Positions 11,360-20,806 of a stretch of DNA of 64,000 nt are shown here, piece by piece. This stretch comes from Felis catus (taxonomy: Eukaryota), in assembly GCF_018350175.1 (NCBI RefSeq), contig NC_058368.1:110486001-110550000 (forward strand), given 5' to 3'. The notes below the pieces were generated by a model. The model ran no database searches. It saw only the letters and a list, made by a program, of their open reading frames with translations, and was not told the DNA's origin. The position numbers and the translations under genes were made by a program. Every line of letters begins with the position of its first letter. Within the stretch, counting starts at the first letter, position 1.

Positions 11360-13929
11360 TTTTTAAAAAGAAAGAAAGGTTAACAGACTTCTTTTACAGA
11401 AGGACTTCCCAGATCCCGTGATACACTGATGGTCACTAAGAATGTCCAAGACGGGAGCAGAGAATATGTCATTTCCCAGTATCATTCAGAGGGCCACAGG
11501 TAGCTTTGAAAGAGCATCTCCCAAGACTTATACCCAACAGGACACTCTGAATGGAGTGAAATGGTATCTAGAGGAAGTTCAGGAGAGAGATACAAACATT
11601 CACAGGAGCCAAGTCTCTGTGAGGTCTTGGGAAATAGGCCCCCTTTTCTATGAGGCTTAAATTCCCTACCCAGAATGACCACCAGTGAGTAAGGAAAATG
11701 CAGTACCCAAGCTAGTATTCACATGGACAGGTGGTTTGGGAATGTAGGTATGTCATGGCGGGAGGGGAGTCTCCTGGAGTACTCTGGGAATCACAGCAGC
11801 TCCCAAGCACTTAAGACGCTGACACCCCCTGAGACCCTCCAGACCCTGCCCCACGCATCCCCTTTTCTCCCTGCTCTCCTCCACCCCTGCTTACCAGTGA
11901 TTCTCCACCCCAACCACTTTCCAAATTGTCCCTGACACAGCTGTATCTCAGATAAGCACAAAAGTGTGTTTTTTAACCACAGAGAAACAAATCCGTGCTA
12001 TCAGATTAACAAACAAAACCAAGAAGCTTCAAAATGAACAGTGCCCATCCCTAACTCTACTGAAGACCAGACCGTGTTGAGTCCAGGACTTCTCATCCTC
12101 CTCATGACCCCTCTTCCTCTTAGTCCTTCTTAGGGGTCACTCTCAACCATGTCTGTCCCCAGGGTGGCAGCAGCTCATGTCCATCTCCCCTGGCTATATC
12201 TGAGCTCCTTCTCTCTGATCCAGAGGTCCACCTCAGGGCGGCATTTCCTCCCCCAGATATATCCTCAGGTCAAACAGTCCACAAACACCCAGCAAAGCTC
12301 TGGAACCCAGCATACAGAAGCCCAGACACTCCACACTTTTCCCTATCCCTCGCTCCTCACCTAAGGACCACAAGGCCCAAAAGCACTTCCTTCATGTGGA
12401 GACCCCACAACACCTATAGCCAAATCAACACAGCCCCCCATCTAACCTAACCAGGCCCCACTCACCCTCAGATGCAGGCTTGCTCCCACACAGCTGCTCG
12501 GCCTGGTTTCTCCCTGTGGGCTGCTGTGCCCCTTCACAGGCTTCCCCTCAACAGGCTGAAAAGGAGTAAAAATAACATTTTGATTCATGCGCTTTGAGAA
12601 TCCAAAAAAGTGTTTTCTAGAGGTTCAGAATGTCATCATCTTTGAAATTCAGCTAACCCAGCTGCCTCATTTCCCAGGGGAGCTGGGAGAGAGAGCTGAG
12701 GGAAGCCAGTTCTGAGAGGACGTGTCTGCCCAGGAAAGTGTCTAAAAATACCAGATTTCATTATTGTGAACACATGAACCCTTCTCGTGTATGTGGTTCC
12801 TAGACATGGCTTTAGGTCAGCTCAACAATGAGACCTTGAGAGAGAGAAAACTTACAAACCTGCATTTACAAGAGGACCACAAACAAAAACTATAAACACA
12901 GGGGCACATATCAGGTCTCCCCTCCATTCCTGGTCAACCACCCTCACTAAAGCCTGTGATGGCTGTACCCAGTCCTACCAGGGAAGGTCCCGAGATGACT
13001 GAGATCCCAGGAAGCCTCTTGTCCCTCCAAATCAATGGGCTCCTACAGCCCCATGCTCTGCAAAAGTGGCACCCTCCACACAGACCACGTAACTGTCTGG
13101 TTCCTGTCTGTCTCCCCACTCAAGGGCATGGACCTTAGCCATTGTATCCTCAGCCTAGAGGCCTAGAGTGGGTGGTTGGACAGATGGACAGGCAGAAAGG
13201 AGAGGGAGAAAGGAAGAAAGGGAGAAAGGGAGGAAGAGGATGTAGGCGGCTGTGGCCTCACCTGACCCACTGGTCCCCCTTCCCCTCAGAACGGAGCTAG
13301 GACTAAATGACCACAAGTCTTGTGACACTGTGACTTACACAGACCCCTGTGGGTACCAGCCTCACAATTCCAATACCTAGGAGCCAACACTGGGTCCTTT
13401 GGCGTCTTCACAAAGTCTGGGTTTGAGCTGTCTCTGAGGATCTCTCTAGTCCGAAACTCTAGAAATTGGCTGCAGTATCCAATGCCACTCAAGCTATCTT
13501 CAGCAGAGAAGAACTCATGAGGTCTCTAAAACACTCCACTGTGCTCCATGGCGGGGGCTCAAGGAGATTCCAGGCCTGAAAGCCAGTGTCCATAGGCACC
13601 GCTTCTCTGTACCTCTCTCGAGCTCCTAGCAGGGGAGCAGCTCTGTCTTCCCAGAAGCCTGCCCAGGTGGCTACAATGCCACCCTGAGCACAAGGCTCTG
13701 AGGCAGGTCCTGGGATCCCACTGGGACCCGGAGACACCTGGTGCCATGGCTGGGGAGGCCCTAATTCTCCCTTCCTGCCTGGTCCCCAGCTGGAGGTAGT
13801 TGTGTGCTTATAGGCAAACTCTGAATGATCTCTCAATCCCATGGGGTTCTGCTGGGCAGTCCTCTCCTGGCCAGCTTGTCTAGCTTTCCTGATGTTGACA
13901 ACCATAGAAAAGCCAAGCACGTGCACGAA

Positions 13930-13931
<2 letters not shown>

Positions 13932-13971
<40 letters not shown>
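13932..13971. repeat. (CA)n microsatellite
   Basis: Direct reading of the CA dinucleotide run. Confidence 0.95.
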
Positions 13972-16199
13972 TCCTGCCTGTGTTTGCTGGTGCAGCCCCA
14001 TGTGGGAGTAACAAGGCCCCGGACAGAGACAGGATGCATGCCAAGTACCAGCAACCTCACAGCATCTTGACCCCTTGGCAAGGAGAAAAGCATCCAGTGA
14101 GGTTCTGTGGAGTTCACCCACACCTATATGGCCTTCTCTCTCAGCACATACCACAGCCTGCTAGTGGAAAACCAGAGGTACGCACTGGAGAGCAGCAGTA
14201 GGGTGACTGACATGTGGCAGGCATACAGAGGTCATGGGCCCCCAGATGTCAGCGAAGGCTATTAGGAGCCAGGAAGATTGGGGAAAAGGAGTCCGCAAAA
14301 TGGGTTAACTTTGGAAAGGATGGTGTTGAGAAGTGGTCATTCCAAACGGGGGAACAGTGGCAGCAAGGGTGGGGCAGGAGTATGCACAGGGAGTGCAGAA
14401 AGCTGGAGGAGCCACCCTGTGGGCATGGCACCCTGGTGTGAGCGACTTGGGGCCTCCCGCTTCCTCCTCCCACTGCCCATTGCACCTGCACGCTCCACAG
14501 CGGGCATTTCCTCCTCCCTCCCCCCACCACACACACAAAATATTTCCCTTTCTCAAAATGACTACTTTGCAGCACTTTCTTGAGGGGCTTTTAGTGGCTT
14601 TTGAAATATAAGCCTGGAGCTGCAAACGCCACCTCGCCAATTTGCCAGAACACTCCACCTCCCCAGAAATTTCTTCGAAAATGACTTCTTCCACCACAAA
14701 CAGAGCAATGGGCCTTTTAATCCACAATTATAACAAGTTTTAAAAGTCACTTTTAAAAGGCTGTCACGATGAGCCTACTCAGCTATTTTCTCTCTTCCCG
14801 AGGGACTACCTGGTGGTGGCAGGAAGTAGGCGCCGGAGGGAGGTGGGTGGGTGGGAGCAGCCTTCATCCATCACCCAGCGACAGGCCCCTGGTGCCTGGG
14901 GGGGGGGGGGTCCTCAGAGTGCACATCTGCAGCCTGGGCAGCGCTGGCATGATTTATCACAGGCAGGTTGTCGCCTTCGCCCAGTCGGGTTTACCCGTTT
15001 GCTGACTGCTTCTCCTCTCGCTGACCTCCAAACGCTTCACCTCCTGGGGACGCGGTCCTGGTCTCCCCCAACTCCACACACAGGTGCCGATGGCTTCCCT
15101 CACCATCTCTGGGCCAAGAGCTCCCACGCTTGTGTCTCTAGGCCCAGATCCATATACGCAGCTGCTCCCCTGGCATCTCTTCAAACACGAAATGTCCAAG
15201 ATACAACACGTGCACCTGTGGGTATTTCCTCCAGAGAAGCTTCCTCCCAGCCTTATGCACCTCAGCGAATGGCACCGCCATTACCGGGCTGCAGCCTTGT
15301 AATCACCCTTGTTCTCTTTCTCCTTACCACCACACCCCTCCAACTCCATCCATGAGGCCGGCAGCTTTACCTCCAAACCACATCCTGCCTACTCACCCAG
15401 CCCCTTCCAGGCAGCAGCTCCTATTTCCCTACACAGACCCCTGGCATCAAACACACTCTCCCCATCCCCACCCCTTTCCCCTCATCAAAATCCAAAACTC
15501 AGCCACCCTTCAGCTCTCAGCTCAACGTCTCCTTCTCAAAGAAGCCTCCCTGCCCCATGAGCAAGTCAGTCCTGAATGGTCTGAACACCCCATGCTGCCC
15601 CTTTGGAGCACATATCCAAGAGCCACTGAGTAATGCACTCACCAATGGGGTGATGGTGTTGTTTTCATTGACTATCTGACCTCTCTGCTGGTCTTTGAGG
15701 CCAGGACTGGTTTGTTTGCTTTGAGGCTGATCCAAGGGCCTTTCTTACAATAGGTTCTCAGTAAATATTGATAAAGTAAATGCATAATTTTGCAAATCTT
15801 AAGTAGGAAGTTGCCAGGAGCCAAGGAATCGAGAAGAAAGGAAAAAGGAGAGAGAAAATTTGGATCCTTCCTGAACAGGGTACATTTCACCATAAAACCC
15901 ATGCAGCTGAGAAGTCTAGTTCTCCTCAAACACAAGATCCTGGGAGAGGCCAAATATGGCATTTAAAAATAAGTTTATGGCAAATGCAACATAACTGGGG
16001 GCAGCAAGAAGCTTTGTAATGCTCCAGGGAAATGTCTAGCTGCTCCCATCTCAGTTACACCTGCTGGACACTGGTCAGCCTTCACAGAGCTGAGGGAGGA
16101 CATGGCTGGATGCCTGGGTACATATGAGATGAAGCTGACCAAGATGAGGGCTCTCACATGTCATTTCTTCTCAGCCTCGGGTCACCATGATCCTAGCCC

Positions 16200-16777
16200 A
16201 TGCCTCTTCCTGTTCTTTGGGGCTCCGGAAATAGGCTGCTCTTGCTGCAACTTCGATTCCTTTGGGGAACCATCTATCCTGCTCTCCATACAGCTCTGTG
16301 GGGCTATCCATCGTAGTGCCCCAGTCTCAGCCTCTGGCCACAGCGGTGTGCCAGGCTGAAAAAATTACAGTACCGCATCTCCTCAAACATAGTAATTGGT
16401 CCATGTGGACACTTGACCCAGCAAGGGCAATCATTTCCATGCTTAGATACTCATATATGGAGAGGAGGCTTGCTTTCCACTGATTGGCCAAGCTAGGATT
16501 GTGTGAGCCTGGAGCTGCTAGCAGCCATCTTCCCCAACTGTGTCAAAGAAGCCCACCTGCACTAAGAGAAAATGAGATCCAGACTTGGATGAACATCAGA
16601 GCGAGCAGGGGCAAGAGAAGGAGAAACTGAGAGAAAGGGCATTATTTACATTGCTAGATCCAGCTTTGCCTGGAAGCAGCCACTCCTGAATTTCTCAGCT
16701 ACATGAATTAGTATACATCCTTTTTGGCTCCAGTGGGTTTGCCTGTTGTTTATAATTGGGAGCCCAGATAAATATAC
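16200..16777 (+). mobile_element. Old MaLR LTR (MLT1K/L-like)
   Basis: 'ttcctttggggaacca', 'gagcctggagctgctagcagccatctt', 'gatccagctttgcctggaagc...tttctcagctacatgaa'. Confidence 0.65.
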
Positions 16778-17180
16778 CCCTTATGGTCAGGAGCTCCCAA
16801 GAATGACCCCTGTGTCTGTGCGTAAACTACTTCTTCCAACTCTATGCCAAGTGTCTAAGATTACAGTCTGAGTGTGAGACCTGGCCATGCCACAGTAATA
16901 CAGAAGAAGAAAAATCTCAGTTGTGTCCAGTGCCTACACCTCAACACAATCTCCAGAGATACACTTCCCCCATAGGCCTTGTGTTTGTACGCTCAGGACT
17001 CAGGAAGGTCTGAACACAAGAGCTACAGTGTCCATCTCCCAGGTTCGGGAGCACTTTCTGGAGTTCCAGCTGCCCTCTCCTTCTAAATGGGGATAAATTC
17101 ATTGGAAGTACACTACTCACTCCTTCTCAGAGATGGGCAGAAACATGTTTTCCCTGGGTAGAATAGAAATGTCCCTCTCA

Positions 17181-17375
17181 GGAGCACCTGGGTAGCTCAG
17201 TGGGTCAAGCATTTGACTCTTGTTTTCAGCTCAGGTCATGAGCTCACGGTTTGTGGGATCAAGCTCCACATTGAGCTCTGCACTGACAGAGCGGAGCCTG
17301 TTTGGGGTTCTCTGTCTCTCCGCCCCCACTTGCTCTTATTCTCAAAATAAATAAATAAATAAACATTTAAGAAAA
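17181..17375 (+). mobile_element. Can-SINE, older subfamily
   Basis: 'gactcttgttttcagctcaggtcatg' head and (aaat)n tail; degenerate TSD 'aaatgtccctctca' / 'aaatacccctctga'. Confidence 0.9.
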
Positions 17376-18805
17376 ATAAATACCCCTCTGAGAGGTGCTC
17401 CCACCCATTCCATCCTCCACAAGTTATACAGCCTAATGGAATTTGCTGGGATCCCCCAACCAATATTGATAACTCCTCTTTTATCTTGTTCTAAAAAGCT
17501 GTCAAACTCATCATGTCTGCCCCACAAAAATAATTTATTTTTTGAGTCATGTAAGAAAAAACTGAAGTTGAAATGCTGTGAGGGTAGAGGCTTTTGTATT
17601 GGTGTCAGGCGTCTGTGAAATCTAATGGAGCCATTCTTTGACAACATTATCTATGTTTGGCTAATTTGGTGAAGCAGACAATGTCCTCTATTGAGCAGGA
17701 AAAATAGAATGCACAGTCCTAGAAAAGCAGAGAGTTGTCCCATCATGGATAATTTCCTTCCACTATTCATCTGGCAGATAGGCACTCAATTATAGAGACA
17801 TTCACAGGTAAATTTCCATTCATTCTTTTATCACCTCCACACATTCATTTTATCAATGAAATAGTCATTTTTAAAATAGCTTGAAGCAGAGATGCATGTC
17901 AGTCAACAAAAGGACAGCCTTCCTTATCACAGTATATTTTACCCTGATTGTTTAGTCTCCTACCCCTCAGAAAGCTCTGTGACTAATTCACCCTCTTGGT
18001 CCCTTCTTGCTAACTTTTTTCCTATTAATGCAGCCTGGGCTGGCTCTCTGATGAGCCACAGCAGTAAACCTTTCATGAGCTGCACGTTCAGGGGTCCGGT
18101 CCCAGGGCTGAGGCTAGCCAGAAGGGATAGAATGTGCCCCTCACCCTTAGGAAAATAATCAGATCAGAGGCAGGCGGCCCAAGCAACAGGAGCGCAAAAC
18201 CCACAGATGGTCTTCCAAGGGTGGCCATGCAGGACAGGGACTGGTGGCCTGATGGCAGCAGGCAGACATGGCTCACTGCCTAGAGGCATGGGCACCTCAA
18301 AGTCCCACAACCATAAAGAGAACTTCTCACAGAGCTGCTCCTGCCAGAGTCAGCCCAGAGTATTTACTAAGCTCTTCCTTGGTACAAACTCTGGTACTAG
18401 GTACTGAAGGTGCAAGCATGCATCAGCCAAGACCCTAGCCTCCAAGAAGGTGTCATACAGGAAGAAAACAAGGTGAGGGAACATCACCTCTGCTACGAAC
18501 TCAGGGTAAAACTGGGAGCTCCAACCACGGAAGGTATTTCTTCCAGGATGAAACACAACTGAAAAGATCTATGCCAAGAAGCTGGTTCTGGAAACACCTG
18601 TCAAGCTCAGTTACCAGCAGCACATAGTAACACCCCAGGGAGAGAACAAGTCTCGGACATCAAGTGTCAGGGAAGACAAGTGTGATGGTTAAATTGATGT
18701 GACTTGACTAGGCCACAGTACCCAGATATTTGGTCAAACACTATTCTAGATGTTTCTGTGACTGTACCTTTTAGATGACACTAACATTTAAATCAGGGGG
18801 GCATA

Positions 18806-18903
18806 GGGGGCACCTGGCTGGCTCAAAAGGTAGAGCATGTGACTCTTCATCTGGGGGTCAAGCTCCACACTGGGTGCAGAGATTACTTAAAAGTAAAATC
18901 TTT
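18806..18903 (+). mobile_element. Short old Can-SINE (SINEC_old-like, tRNA-Lys-derived)
   Basis: 'ggggcacctggctggctca...gtagagcatgtgactctt...gagattacttaaaagtaaaatcttt'; no (CT) tract. Confidence 0.85.
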
Positions 18904-19100
18904 AGGAGCACCTGAGTGGCTCAGTTGATTGAGCATCCAACTTTGGCTCAGATTATGATCTTACAGTTCATGATTTCAAGCCCCACAAGGGATTCTCTGC
19001 TGTCAACAGAGGGATCCTCTGTCCCCCTCTCTCTCTCTCTGCACCTCCCCCACTTGCACTCTCTCTCTCAAAAATAAAAATAAATAAAAATTAAATAATT
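18904..19100 (+). mobile_element. Can-SINE nested in the tail of the short old SINE
   Basis: SINE body with (CT) tract; 'aaaatcttt' duplicated at about 18895-18903 and 19101-19109. Confidence 0.88.
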
Positions 19101-19497
19101 AAAATCTTTTTAAAAAAATCAATCACTCAGGGGACTTTGAGTAAAACAGATTACTCTCCATGATGTGGTGGGCCTCATCCAATCAGCTGAAGACCTGACA
19201 GAAAAAGACTGAGCTCCCCTGAGAAGAGGCAGTTCTGTCAGCAGTAGCTGGTGGACTCGACTGTACTGTCTACTCTTCCCTGGGTCTCCAGCCTGCCAGC
19301 CCACCCTGCAGATTTTGGACTTGCTATCCCCCACCATCATGTGAACCAATTCCTTAAAATAAACATCTAGAGAGTTGAGCTCTCTCCTTGAATACAAAAT
19401 TTCATTGAAAGAGCTCCTTGAATAAATAAAATCTGTCTTATCATCCATAAATACATAAGAATAAATATATATACTTTTTATATATAATATATTATAA

Positions 19498-19838
19498 TTT
19501 TTATTTTTCATTGCAAAACTGGTTTATTTCCATGTACAACAAGGAGGATTAGAGTACCAGATGAAAAGGAAGGCAGCCTTCCGGCAAACGGAGAAGATCA
19601 AGATTCTTAAGTCACTGGCTTTGGGACCTACTACAATCGAAGACTGCTGTGTTGCTTAGAGATGTTAAGCCTCTTTACCTGATGCTGTAGCAGGCTTTTT
19701 GAACAAGCCTTCCTGCTGGGCCAACTTATCTAATTCCTTCTGATAGCCAGGCTGATATTCCAGATAGCCTAAGTTCCTCTTGTATTTTCCAGTAACTTTC
19801 TCAGGAAGAACATATTCTGTGTTATTCTGTGTGCCTGT
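19498..19838 (-). pseudogene. Probable 5'-truncated processed pseudogene (CDS tail + 3' UTR + poly(A)); parent gene not identified
   Basis: Minus strand: open frame ...[51 protein letters not shown] (stop at 19665-19667), about 156-nt 3' UTR, AATAAA (19523-19528), then an A tract 14 nt downstream (19498-19508). It is non-LTR sequence splitting an MLT2 LTR. No clear TSD because the flanks are TA-rich. Confidence 0.7.
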
Positions 19839-19954
19839 GTACATATACATGTATATATATGCATATATATGCATATATATGCATATATATACATATATAT
19901 GCATATATGCACATATATATGTGTGTGTATATATATGTGTATATATATATACAC

Positions 19955-20008
<54 letters not shown>
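19839..20008. repeat. Compound (TA)n/(TATG)/(TG) microsatellite
   Basis: About 170 bp of alternating purine-pyrimidine sequence ending in pure (TA)n. Confidence 0.95.
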
Positions 20009-20010
<2 letters not shown>

Positions 20011-20148
20011 CTGTTTCTCTGGAGAACCCTGACCAATATATCAAGTGGCAGAACTCCACACATTCTGTGGCATGTGTGGAACCGCCTACCCTACCCACTT
20101 TAGGACATGCAGGAGATTCAGAGCTCACTCAGAAAGTGCTGAGGTTTT

Positions 20149-20299
20149 GGGTCACCTAGGTGTCTCAGTCAGTTCAGTGTCCAACTCTTGATTTCAGCTC
20201 AGGTCATTATCTCACAGTTGTGTGCTTCAGGCTCTGTGCTGGGAATGGAGTCTGCTTGAGATTCTCTCTCTCTCCCCCTCTGCCCTTCTCCCCTGCTTG

Positions 20300-20356
<57 letters not shown>

Positions 20357-20365
20357 AAAACTTAA
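20149..20365 (+). mobile_element. Can-SINE, older subfamily, long (CT)n
   Basis: Perfect 17-bp TSD agaaagtgctgaggttt at 20131-20147 and 20366-20382. Confidence 0.93.
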
Positions 20366-20757
20366 AGAAAGTGCTGAGGTTTCAAACATGAGGGAACAGA
20401 GAGTGGAAGCTGCCCGTGAAACCAACACTCAAGAAGAACAGGTGCTCCATGGTTTCAGAGGCCTCCACAACAGCTACATCCTCCTGTCACCTCCAACTAG
20501 GGGCTACAGGCAGGATCTGGACCACTGAGTAGCTTCATTCTCAGGCCTCAGAGCTGCTTGGAGAAAAAGGAAATGGAATTATCTTGAGCCCAAAGCTTGG
20601 GTACCTGGAAGGCATATAGCTTGCCTTCAACCCCAAATTAGAAGAAATACCTAGTGAGGAAAGCACAGGTGCCCACCTGCAGAGCACCAGCCTTCTCACC
20701 TCCTCCTCTCTTGTGACCCAGAGAGAAACTGGCCCCTGGGTGCTGCTAGGCTGGCCA

Positions 20758-20806
20758 CACCAGTTATGCCATCACCAGTTATGCCACCATCACCAGTTAT
20801 GCCACC
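20758..20806. repeat. Short tandem repeat, 3 x caccagttatgcca(c/t)
   Basis: caccagttatgccat / caccagttatgccaccat / caccagttatgccacc. Confidence 0.9.

Larger units (their letters stand above)
10870..11640. mobile_element. hAT-Charlie DNA transposon remnant (Charlie4z/MER103-like), interrupted by two SINEs
   Basis: 'ctgtggtcaaatatgtttgggaaacactaggttgaagaaag...ttacagaaggacttcccaga...tttcccag' resembles a recalled Charlie-family consensus; a similar remnant appears in reverse near 61000-61220. Confidence 0.45.
18681..20040 (+). mobile_element. ERVL solo LTR (MLT2B-like), interrupted by two SINEs, a retrocopy and a TA-rich microsatellite
   Basis: Start 'tgtgatggttaaattgatgtgacttgactaggccacagtacccagatatttggtcaaac', middle 'gggcctcatccaatcagctgaag', 'ctgcagattttggacttg', end 'ctgtttctctggagaaccctgaccaatata'. 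Confidence 0.85.

Noticed and set aside
13489..14154. Longest ORF in the track (221 aa, minus strand)
   Set aside because: It runs through a (TG)n microsatellite, has low-complexity composition and no recognisable domain; consistent with chance in GC-rich DNA.
14780..15300. Possible CpG-island promoter
   Set aside because: CpG density appears only mildly raised by eye and is not island-like; kept only as a candidate regulatory block.
19769..20159. Overlapping YI/IY-rich ORFs
   Set aside because: Artefacts of the TA microsatellite. Only the non-repetitive tail of ORF 19665-20063 is retained, as the retrocopy.
20758..20806. Three repeated units resembling a mini-array (also 46464-46496)
   Set aside because: No unique spacers, mammalian context and no cas genes; simple slippage repeats, not CRISPR.
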